Shown: positions 20,277 through 27,993 of the stretch, in pieces | How positions within the stretch are numbered: position 1 is the stretch's first letter | Layout: each line of letters starts with the position of its first letter | Assembly: GCA_028033615.1 (NCBI GenBank) | Contig: JAOFDG010000004.1 | Span: 4,637-68,636, forward strand | Direction of reading: 5' to 3' | Source of the DNA: Verrucomicrobiales bacterium | GTDB taxonomy: Bacteria; Verrucomicrobiota; Verrucomicrobiia; Verrucomicrobiales; DEV007 | Length of the DNA stretch: 64,000 nt | Notes under the pieces: model-generated | Databases searched by the model: none | Told to the model about the DNA's origin: nothing | What the model saw: only the letters and a program-made list of their open reading frames with translations | Program-made: the position numbers and the translations under genes

Positions 20277-20672
20277 TCAATCTGAAATCCCAATACTTTG
20301 TTTAATTTGTGATAAAACGACGCTGATTGTGTTTAGGTGACATGAGCTTGTCTGTGGATCTTTTAATTTATCCTCCAATTCATCAATGTTTTTCAATTTG
20401 TCTTGATACCAGTTTTCGAAATCGTTTATTAAATTGAAATCTTCTTTGGAGGCCGACGTATATTTTTTCTCTAGAAATTCTTCAGATCTTGCAGGTATAA
20501 AATCACTAGATCTTGGTTGAGTAATTTTATTTTCTTTATCATTTGGATAAAAAACTCTTTCTAACTCACCAGGATAGATTTTTTCTGATAAAAAATTACT
20601 AAAATTTAGACTTATGGAATCAAAAGTGTGGTTAGAAAATCTTTCTTTGCACAAGTATTCAAGTATGTTCAC
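20277..20672 (-). CDS. Hypothetical protein (131 aa, acidic, no recognisable family)
   Basis: ORF with a GTG start in an AT-rich region. Its TGA stop is followed in the same frame by the DUF2256-like ORF. Confidence 0.35.
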   Translation of the reverse strand: MNILEYLCKERFSNHTFDSISLNFSNFLSEKIYPGELERVFYPNDKENKITQPRSSDFIPARSEEFLEKKYTSASKEDFNLINDFENWYQDKLKNIDELEDKLKDPQTSSCHLNTISVVLSQIKQSIGISD

Positions 20673-20689
20673 GTATAGTTTTGAAAATA

Positions 20690-20866
20690 CTAAAAAGTAC
20701 TATTGAATATCTCCATTTGCCGTAGCCACTTTTCTTTGGCTAAATTGACATTTTTACCAGAGTGTTTAAATAAGATGTTAAACTGATTCTTACTGGGTTT
20801 TGGAATTTTTATTTTTGTGCAGTTTCTATTGAAATCTACCCATACCTTTTTTTCTTCGATACTCAT
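20690..20866 (-). CDS. Hypothetical small ORF (58 aa)
   Basis: Hand-translated as MSIEEKKVWVDFNRNCTKIKIPKPSKNQFNILFKHSGKNVNLAKEKWLRQMEIFNSTF*. It ends 17 nt upstream of the 131-aa ORF on the same strand. It falls below the length cutoff of the ORF track. Confidence 0.2.
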   Translation of the reverse strand: MSIEEKKVWVDFNRNCTKIKIPKPSKNQFNILFKHSGKNVNLAKEKWLRQMEIFNSTF

Positions 20867-20940
20867 AGTACTGTTTTTTTATTGAATTGAATTAAGGAAG
20901 TTATAATCTCAATTACGTCGGTGATTTATCTGTAGTTTTA

Positions 20941-20998
20941 AAAGTAATAAAAAAATAAAACAAAACGCCTACCCCACAAAAACTAAAGGGATAGGCGC
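20941..20998 (-). terminator. Intrinsic-terminator-like hairpin plus U-tract (read on the minus strand)
   Basis: CGCCTACCC (20966-20974) pairs with GGG-A-TAGGCG (20988-20997): 9 bp with one bulged A and a 13-nt loop. On the minus strand it is followed directly by TTTTGTTTTATTTTTTTATT. Confidence 0.45.
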
Positions 20999-21000
20999 TT

Positions 21001-21039
21001 GTTTCTGGTAAAGGCACCCTCCGTTGGAGGTCCAGAAAC
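21001..21039 (-). ncRNA. Unassigned nested stem-loop next to the terminator-like hairpin (candidate small RNA or cis-regulatory leader)
   Basis: GTTTCTGG (21001-21008) is the exact reverse complement of CCAGAAAC (21032-21039). This outer stem encloses an inner CCTCC-GTT-GGAGG hairpin (21018-21030). The element lies in a divergent intergenic region where no terminator would be expected. Confidence 0.35.
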
Positions 21040-21255
21040 CAAGGTCCCTATGATAACGACAAATACGAACATATGGTTTTCAATTACTCATGATTGGAAG
21101 TTTGAAAGTAGTGTCTAATTTTGATTCGGAAAACCGTTTATATTCAAACTATCAATTTTTCTAAACTCAAAAATATTTCCAGCACAAAATAATAAAATTA
21201 TTTATCTCGTTAATTTTGCAATCCGTTCGGATATATAAATCGTAAGTACAATGAA

Positions 21256-21516
21256 GTGAGATTATTAAAATATACTGAAGTGAAAGATGGCGAAGATAAC
21301 CAGCTTGTTTTTCAATTATGGCAACACCCTAAACCAGATAATAACTATACAATCACTGCAAACATTAACGGTACACCTGCAAGAATAGAAGGTTGGAATG
21401 GGTGGGACTACGAAGATCATTTCACAAAAGAAGAAGCTTTGAAAGCTCTAGAAAAGTATGAAGACTCTGTGTGGAAAAAACTATTCAATAAAGATAAAGT
21501 AGAAGTTAACATTTAA
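21256..21516 (+). CDS. Hypothetical protein (86 aa)
   Basis: ORF with a GTG start and no recognisable family. It ends 18 nt from the 3' end of tRNA-Ser. Confidence 0.3.
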   Translation: MRLLKYTEVKDGEDNQLVFQLWQHPKPDNNYTITANINGTPARIEGWNGWDYEDHFTKEEALKALEKYEDSVWKKLFNKDKVEVNI

Positions 21517-21533
21517 ACTCTCACTCTACTTAA

Positions 21534-21625
21534 TGGCGGAAGGGGTGGGATTTGAACCCACGGTAGAATTGCCCCTACACTTGATTTCGAATCAAGCGCC
21601 TTAAACCAAGCTCAGCCACCCTTCC
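21534..21625 (-). tRNA. tRNA-Ser (anticodon CGA), with encoded CCA
   Basis: The reverse complement reads GGAAGGGTGGCTGAGCTTGGTTTAAGGCGCTTGATTCGAAATCAAGTGTAGGGGCAATTCTACCGTGGGTTCAAATCCCACCCCTTCCGCCA. It has a 7-bp acceptor stem (GGAAGGG/CCCTTCC). The anticodon stem CTTGA/TCAAG carries the loop TTCGAAA. It also has a long variable arm and a GTGGG-TTCAAAT-CCCAC T-arm. Confidence 0.93.
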
Positions 21626-21708
21626 TTTAAAAACATATTTAAATCCTTCATGTGTTTATTCTGAAATTTTGTTTGTTTTAAGAGTTCTTAAACAGTTAAA
21701 CTTATCTG

Positions 21709-22461
21709 ATGAATTTGAAATATTTATTAGGAATTATTTTTGTTTGTTTATGCAATTCAGTTCTTTTGTTCGCAGAAGATAAAAAACCCCAAAAAAATGT
21801 AGATTTTAATTTTGGTCCTTCAGTAACGCCCGCTCCACGTGTTGAAGAGTGGTGGTTTGCAAGACATGCTGAAAAAATTGGTCTTATGTCTAAAGGAGAA
21901 TACGATTTATTAATGCTTGGAGACTCGATTACACATAACTTCGAAAGTGTTGGTAAGGAGGTTTGGAAAAAATATTTTGAACCTCGTAAGTCTATAAATT
22001 TAGGATTTGGAGGCGACAGAACAAATCATCTTTTATGGAGAATTGAGCATTTGCCTGTATTGAAGAAGGCGCCGAAAGGGGCAGTTCTTTTGATAGGTAC
22101 AAATAACATTTGTTGGGGGAGTGATAAGCCTCGCGCAGCAGCCGAAGGAGTTAAGGTGATTGCTCAAAAATTAAATTCTATCTATCCTGAAACTGAAATT
22201 TTAGTTCTTGGGCTTCTCCCTAGAAGAAGAGAGTTAAGTCATCCTCATCGAAAGCAGATCATTGAGCTGAACTCTTACCTTCCTGAACTCCTCAAAGAAA
22301 TACCAAAGGTTAAATTTCTTGAAATAGGGCCGCACTTTCTTGATGAAAAAGGACATTTATCAAAGGAAATGATGCCTGATACAACTCATCCAAGTGAGAA
22401 AGGGCATGAGGTTTGGGCTAAAGCGATAGAATCTGAATTAGTTAGAATGGTTGGCCGCTAA
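21709..22461 (+). CDS. Secreted SGNH/GDSL hydrolase (PAF-acetylhydrolase-like esterase)
   Basis: Signal peptide. Block I LMLGDSITHNF, block II GFGGDRT, block III IGTNN, block V DTTHPS. Confidence 0.8.
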   Translation: MNLKYLLGIIFVCLCNSVLLFAEDKKPQKNVDFNFGPSVTPAPRVEEWWFARHAEKIGLMSKGEYDLLMLGDSITHNFESVGKEVWKKYFEPRKSINLGFGGDRTNHLLWRIEHLPVLKKAPKGAVLLIGTNNICWGSDKPRAAAEGVKVIAQKLNSIYPETEILVLGLLPRRRELSHPHRKQIIELNSYLPELLKEIPKVKFLEIGPHFLDEKGHLSKEMMPDTTHPSEKGHEVWAKAIESELVRMVGR

Positions 22462-22544
22462 CTAGAACAAATGAGCTCCGAGTTTTATAACAGAAAACTA
22501 GTAATTTTATTATTAGTTTTCTGGGTATCAATTTTTTATTAATT

Positions 22545-22916
22545 GTGGAGGATGTATTTAACCAGATTGGTGAAGAAGGTATTATTGACTTAGTTTCATC
22601 ATTTTATCGCGCAGTCAAAGTTGATGACATTCTTGGTCCCCTATATCCAAGCGATGATTGGGAGGGTGCAGAACAAAGATTGGCAGATTTTCTTATTTTT
22701 CGTTGTGGAGGTTCAGACAAATACATCCAGGAAAGAGGTCATCCCCGTCTTAGAATGAGACATATACCTTTTAAGATAGGTTTAGCTGAGAGGGATAGAT
22801 GGATAAAGTTGATGAATAACGCTATTATTGAGAGGAAGATCGGATCTCCTGCTCGTGAACAGCTGACGTCTTTTTTTATTCAAACTGCTGATTTTATGAG
22901 AAATGTTGAAGGTTAA
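22545..22916 (+). CDS. Truncated haemoglobin (group II-like globin)
   Basis: 123 aa with a GTG start. FYRAVKVDDILGPLYP and GHPRLRMRHIPFKIG...RDRWIKLM resemble 2-on-2 globins of the GlbO/YjbI type. Confidence 0.75.
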   Translation: MEDVFNQIGEEGIIDLVSSFYRAVKVDDILGPLYPSDDWEGAEQRLADFLIFRCGGSDKYIQERGHPRLRMRHIPFKIGLAERDRWIKLMNNAIIERKIGSPAREQLTSFFIQTADFMRNVEG

Positions 22917-22961
22917 TAATTTTCCTTCGCAATAGTTGCTAATATTTGTCAATTTGTAGTT

Positions 22962-25535
22962 GTGAAAGCATTCATAAATCTTTTTCAATTCTTTTGTCTT
23001 CTATCCATTGCTTACTCCAGTGATGTTTTTGAATTCAAATGGGAGCATTTGACTGATTTGCCCCCTCAAGATAATCAAACTGAAAATCCTGGTGTCGCTG
23101 GTCCATTCGTTGGCGTTCATAACGACGCCCTTATCATTGCAGGTGGTGCGAATTTTCCTGATAAGCCATTATGGGAAACCAACAAAGTTTGGCATGATAA
23201 AATTTATGTCCTGTCCAAAAATGAGGATAATAATTATGTATGGGAAGATGCAGGTAAATTAGATCAACCTCTGGCATACGGTTCCTCAGTTTCTACACCT
23301 GATGGTGTTCTTTGTATTGGAGGTGATGATTCTGACAAAGTGTATACTGACGTATTTCTTCTTTCTTGGGATCAAGAGAATAAAGAATTATCCAAAAAGA
23401 AAATGCCCAATTTGCCTGAGCCAGTAGGTTATGGCTCGGCTGTACTTCACAAAAATACTGTCTACTTGATTGGTGGCCAGACTGGTAAGAAACTTGATAG
23501 CTCATCAAATAAAGTGTGGACCTTGGACTTGAAGGAAGGTGAAAGTGGCAACTGGAAACAATTACCTTTAGTTCCATGGAAATCTCGGGCCTATTTACAG
23601 GTTGCTACTCAGCATAACGGTTATGATGATTGTATATACGTTATTGGTGGCAGACGTGAAGAAGAAGGTTCTGTGAAATTCTTTTCTGATGTTTGGGAAT
23701 ACAATCTAAATACTGATGAATGGAGAGAAAGAAAAAGTTCTCCTACTCCTATAATGGCCGGAACGGCCATTGGTTTTAATCAAAGTCACATAGCTATTCT
23801 TGGGGGAGCGGATGGATCATTATGGGGAAAAGAGGACGAACTAAAAGATGATCATCCGGGGTTTCCCAAGAAAACGTATTTATATCATACGATAACAAAT
23901 ACATGGATAGAATCTGGTGCAAGTGAGAAGAATCATGTAACAACAATTCCCGTTAAGTGGAACAATGCTTTAATTATTGCTAGTGGCGAAATTCGTCCGA
24001 GGGTACGTTCTCCTAAGGTTTGGAAGATCACTCCAAGCTCAGTTGGTAAAGGTTTTGGTGTAATTAATTACACAGTTTTGGTTCTTTATTTATTACTCAT
24101 GGTGGGAGTTGGTGTATATTTTGCAGGAAGAAACAAAGGGACTGATGATTTTTTTAGGGGTGGTAAGAGAATGGTTTGGTGGGCAGCTGGTTGCAGTATT
24201 TTTGCAACAATGCTTAGCTCTTTGACTTTTACGGGTCTGCCCGGTAAAGCGTATGCGACGGATTGGGTTTACTTTTTAGCCAACATGATGATTCCGATCG
24301 TCGCTTTTGTAGCTGTATATATTGCCTTACCATTTTATAGAAAAATTGATGCAACTAGTGCCTACGAATATCTAGAGAAGCGTTTTAGTCGAAAAGTAAG
24401 AATGTTAGGTAGTGGATTTTTCACTTTATTCCATATTTTTCGAATGGCTGTTGTTATGTCATTGACGGGTTTAGCCCTTGCCTCTGCAACGCCAATGACG
24501 CCATATCAATCTGTCATTGTTATGGGAGTATTAAGTATACTTTATTGTGCTATGGGTGGTATTGAGGCTGTAATTTGGACTGATACAATTCAAACTATTG
24601 TACTTCTTGGTGGAGCCATGATCGCTTTCTTTATGCTTGTTAGTGGCGTCGATGGAGGGTTTTCTGGGTTCCTTTCAATTGCAGGCGAATCAGAAAAATT
24701 TCGTATGGCCAATTATAATTGGGATATCACAAGTGCCCAGGTAGCTATTTGGGTGATTGTGCTGGGAGCCTTTGCTCAGCATATTTCTGGGTACACGGCG
24801 GACCAGTCAGTTGTACAGCGGTATATGACTACTCCAAATGAAAAGGCCGCTGCTAAGTCAATATGGACTAATGCAGTCTTAAGTGTTTTCGCGAGTGTTC
24901 TTTTCTTTGGTCTAGGGTCCGCTTTATTTGCTTTTTATGCCACCAATCCTGAAAAGTTAGACCCTACAATAAAAACAGATCAGATATTCCCATTATTTAT
25001 TGCAAATGAAATGCCTGTAGGCCTTGCTGGGCTCATCGTAGCAGGTATCTTTGCAGCTGCTCAGTCAACAGTTTCAACGAGCATGAATTCGACGGCGACG
25101 ACTCTTGTGACTGACTTCATGAAGCCTTTAAAATTAGGTGATGGTAATGATAAGTATTACCTTAAATGGGCTAGAATTTTGACAATTTTTATGGGTGTTC
25201 TGGGAACGGCGTTTGGTCTTTTCTTTCTTAATCCAGAAATAAAATCTCTCTTTGATGAGTTTATTAAGATTGTGGGTTTAATACTAGGGATGCTTGGTGG
25301 AATTTTCTTGCTTGGAGTTTTAAGTAAAAAAGCCAACGCAACTGGAGTTTTAATTGGGTGTGGAGGTGGTATGATTATTGTTTTGTACGTTTGGAAGATG
25401 ACGGCTGTTACTGCTTATTTTTATCCCTTTGCTTCGGTTGGTAGTTGCTTTCTCATTGGCTTGATTGCTAGTTTTTGTTTTAGAGGTAAAAGTAATACAG
25501 ATGGACTAACCATACATACAATGAGGAAAAATTAG
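22962..25535 (+). CDS. Fusion protein: N-terminal Kelch-type (NanM/YjhT-like mutarotase) beta-propeller + C-terminal sodium:solute symporter (SSS family)
   Basis: Residues ~20-360 have repeated Kelch-like GG blades (AGGANFPDKP, IGGDDSD, LIGGQTGKK, VIGGRREEEG, ILGGADGS, ASGEIRPRVRSP). Residues ~370-857 are polytopic, with SSS-like segments (FFRGGKRMVWWAAGCSIFATMLSSLTFTG, GGIEAVIWTDTIQ). Confidence 0.8.
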   Translation: MKAFINLFQFFCLLSIAYSSDVFEFKWEHLTDLPPQDNQTENPGVAGPFVGVHNDALIIAGGANFPDKPLWETNKVWHDKIYVLSKNEDNNYVWEDAGKLDQPLAYGSSVSTPDGVLCIGGDDSDKVYTDVFLLSWDQENKELSKKKMPNLPEPVGYGSAVLHKNTVYLIGGQTGKKLDSSSNKVWTLDLKEGESGNWKQLPLVPWKSRAYLQVATQHNGYDDCIYVIGGRREEEGSVKFFSDVWEYNLNTDEWRERKSSPTPIMAGTAIGFNQSHIAILGGADGSLWGKEDELKDDHPGFPKKTYLYHTITNTWIESGASEKNHVTTIPVKWNNALIIASGEIRPRVRSPKVWKITPSSVGKGFGVINYTVLVLYLLLMVGVGVYFAGRNKGTDDFFRGGKRMVWWAAGCSIFATMLSSLTFTGLPGKAYATDWVYFLANMMIPIVAFVAVYIALPFYRKIDATSAYEYLEKRFSRKVRMLGSGFFTLFHIFRMAVVMSLTGLALASATPMTPYQSVIVMGVLSILYCAMGGIEAVIWTDTIQTIVLLGGAMIAFFMLVSGVDGGFSGFLSIAGESEKFRMANYNWDITSAQVAIWVIVLGAFAQHISGYTADQSVVQRYMTTPNEKAAAKSIWTNAVLSVFASVLFFGLGSALFAFYATNPEKLDPTIKTDQIFPLFIANEMPVGLAGLIVAGIFAAAQSTVSTSMNSTATTLVTDFMKPLKLGDGNDKYYLKWARILTIFMGVLGTAFGLFFLNPEIKSLFDEFIKIVGLILGMLGGIFLLGVLSKKANATGVLIGCGGGMIIVLYVWKMTAVTAYFYPFASVGSCFLIGLIASFCFRGKSNTDGLTIHTMRKN

Positions 25536-25539
25536 AACG

Positions 25540-27993
25540 ATGTTAGCTTTCTTTTTTCGCTCTTTCTTGATGACTTGGGTAGTCATTTTAATCGTCTCTC
25601 ATTCTTTAGCCTCGGACCATTGGGCCTTTAAAGCTCCATTACGTTCAGATATCACAGTTAAAAAATCTGAGGCGATTGATTCTTATGTGAGGCCTATTCT
25701 CAAAAGAAAAAATCTTGATTATCGTCCTTTGGCACCAAAGTATCAACTCATCAGGAGGCTTAGTTTTGATCTAAGGGGATTCCCTCCTAGTGCATCAGAG
25801 ACTACTAAATTTATTAATGATAAGTCTAATAATGCATGGTCAAGACTAGTTGATGAATATCTTGAATCACCTCACTTCGGAGAGAGGATGACGCAGAACT
25901 GGTTTGATTTAGCGCGTTTTGCTGACACTTCAGGCTACGCTGCAGATAGGACAAGAAATGTTTGGCCTTATAGGGAATGGGTAATAAAAAGTTTCAACGA
26001 AAATATGCCTTATGATCAATTCACTGTTGAACAGATCGCTGGCGATATGCTTCCGGGGCCTTCCGATCAACAGAAGTTGGCCACTGGCTTTCATCGGCAA
26101 GCCATGCAGGCCAAAGGTAATAATCCTCGAAAGGAGGAGTTCCGAATTAAAGGAATCGTTGATAGAATTAATACGACCGGAAGGACTTGGTTAGGGCTAA
26201 CGCTTGAGTGCGCTGAGTGTCATGATCATAAGTACGACCCAATTAGTCAGAAAGACTACTACAGTATTTTTGCCATTTTTAATAACGTTCCGCATTTGAG
26301 TAGCGGGTATAATACTCACGGTCCTAGAATGAAGTATTTGCCTGCCAATATGCAAAGCAGTATCGATGATCTTCGTCGAAAAATAGATATCATATCGTCC
26401 AAGAGAGGTATTTTTAAGTTTCCTAAGAAGTCTGATAATTTGATAGGAAAATGGGATCGCCCTCAGAGGTTAAAGAATTCAGACTTATTTTCTATTACTA
26501 GTGATTTGACTATAGTTAGTAAGGTTAAAACTGTATCTAGCGTCAATGACATTGTATCAAAGTATGATTTCAAAGCTGGGCAGAGAAGTTTCATTTTTGG
26601 TATAGGCGGTGAAGGTGAAAAAAATGCAAAGCCTGGTCATTTATTTGCATGGATTTCGAGTAAAGCTGCGACTTGGTCAGGTGCCGAGATACATGGCAGT
26701 TTTCCTATTAATGATGGTAAAGAGCATGAGGTCGCTCTCATATTTAATGCGGGGCAGTCTCTTAACTTGGTCGTTGACGGGGTCGTTGATCATGCTGCAA
26801 GAATCATTGGTCAGGTACCAAAAACTATAGCAACAAGTAATAGGCCCCTATCAATTGGTTCTGGTTATCAAAATTCTCTTAATGACTTTCATTTCGTCTT
26901 CGAGGGCGAATTGACTGATATTTCAATCTACAACAAAGCATTTATTCTTGATGAGCATGAAGAATTGAAAGCCTTAAAGTCACAAATCACAAATCTACAA
27001 TCTCGTTCTTTGGAGGTGCCCGTGATGCAAGAGTTAGAAAGCCCCAGAGAGACCCATGTGCTGCTTAGAGGTGATTTCAAACAGAAAGGAGAACGTGTTG
27101 CTCCGAAGCTACCTGATATTTTTTCTAATGATAAATCGAATGGTTCAATGGATAGACTTGATTTTGCAAATTGGCTAGTTGATAAAAAAAATCCTTTAAC
27201 TGCTAGAGTCGCTATTAATTATATGTGGCAGCACTTTTTTGGAATTGGTATTGTTTCGACTTCTTCAGATTTTGGAATTCAAGGAGAACCACCATCATCT
27301 TTAAAGCTGTTAGACTGGCTTGCGTGTGAGTTTATGGATAGCGGTTGGGATAGAAAGCATTTGATGAGGCTTATTTTAAATTCCTCAGCTTATCAGCAGG
27401 TTTCAGTTAGTTCTTTTAAAGCGCTTCAAAATTTTGGGCTTATGCCCCGAATGCGCCTCCCTGCTGAGCAGATAAGAGATCATTTTCTTACAGTTTCAGG
27501 ACTACTAAATCCCTCAATCGGAGGCCCATCAATTTTTCCTATTCAACCTGATGGATTTTATGAGGAGAGGGGACAAAATACGCCAGGTAATTCTAATTTC
27601 ACCTGGAAAGCGTCAGGTCCCGAAAGGCGATACCGAAAATCAATGTATATTTATTGGAAAAGAATGGCGCTTCACCCTTCTTTGGCTGCCTTTGATGCAC
27701 CCACTCGACAAGTGTGCGTTGCAAAGAGATCTATTTCTAATACACCACAACAAGCTCTCGTTACTCTCAATGATCCAATGTTTGATGAATGCTCACGTGC
27801 TTTTGCAAAAAAATTATCAGATTTACCAAATTTATCTGTTAGTAAAAAAATAGAGCAGGCATTTTTAATATGTTTGGGGCGAACTCCAGCAAAAGAAGAG
27901 TTAGAAAAGTTTCGAAACCTTTTAAATGTAGACGGTTGGTATTCTGTTGCGGCGGTTCTGTTAAATTTAGATGAAGCCCTCACTAGAGAATGA
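25540..27993 (+). CDS. DUF1549 + LamG-like insert + DUF1553 protein
   Basis: Signal peptide. DUF1549-like IRRLSFDLRGFPPS and CAECHDHKYDP. A central LamG-like jelly roll ending ELTDISIYNKAF. DUF1553-like ARVAINYMWQHFFGIGIVSTSSDFG and a C-terminal LNLDEALTRE. Confidence 0.85.
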   Translation: MLAFFFRSFLMTWVVILIVSHSLASDHWAFKAPLRSDITVKKSEAIDSYVRPILKRKNLDYRPLAPKYQLIRRLSFDLRGFPPSASETTKFINDKSNNAWSRLVDEYLESPHFGERMTQNWFDLARFADTSGYAADRTRNVWPYREWVIKSFNENMPYDQFTVEQIAGDMLPGPSDQQKLATGFHRQAMQAKGNNPRKEEFRIKGIVDRINTTGRTWLGLTLECAECHDHKYDPISQKDYYSIFAIFNNVPHLSSGYNTHGPRMKYLPANMQSSIDDLRRKIDIISSKRGIFKFPKKSDNLIGKWDRPQRLKNSDLFSITSDLTIVSKVKTVSSVNDIVSKYDFKAGQRSFIFGIGGEGEKNAKPGHLFAWISSKAATWSGAEIHGSFPINDGKEHEVALIFNAGQSLNLVVDGVVDHAARIIGQVPKTIATSNRPLSIGSGYQNSLNDFHFVFEGELTDISIYNKAFILDEHEELKALKSQITNLQSRSLEVPVMQELESPRETHVLLRGDFKQKGERVAPKLPDIFSNDKSNGSMDRLDFANWLVDKKNPLTARVAINYMWQHFFGIGIVSTSSDFGIQGEPPSSLKLLDWLACEFMDSGWDRKHLMRLILNSSAYQQVSVSSFKALQNFGLMPRMRLPAEQIRDHFLTVSGLLNPSIGGPSIFPIQPDGFYEERGQNTPGNSNFTWKASGPERRYRKSMYIYWKRMALHPSLAAFDAPTRQVCVAKRSISNTPQQALVTLNDPMFDECSRAFAKKLSDLPNLSVSKKIEQAFLICLGRTPAKEELEKFRNLLNVDGWYSVAAVLLNLDEALTRE

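Noticed and set aside
20277-20279. Genome-wide TGA recoding as an explanation for the in-frame TGA before the DUF2256 ORF
   Set aside because: TGA terminates several well-defined genes at family-typical lengths in this window (343-345, 27991-27993, 31253-31255), so the standard code applies. Only a local read-through or a mutation remains possible.
20941-21060. Assignment of the structured element to SRP (4.5S) RNA, a preQ1-I riboswitch, other known riboswitches, or an integron attC site
   Set aside because: The SRP helix-8 GGAA/AGCAGC motif is absent. The A-rich CACAAAAACUAAAGG string resembles a preQ1 tail only on the plus strand, where there is no P1 helix or nearby downstream gene. The ends do not fit the RYYYAAC/GTTRRRY attC cores. 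The element is left unassigned.
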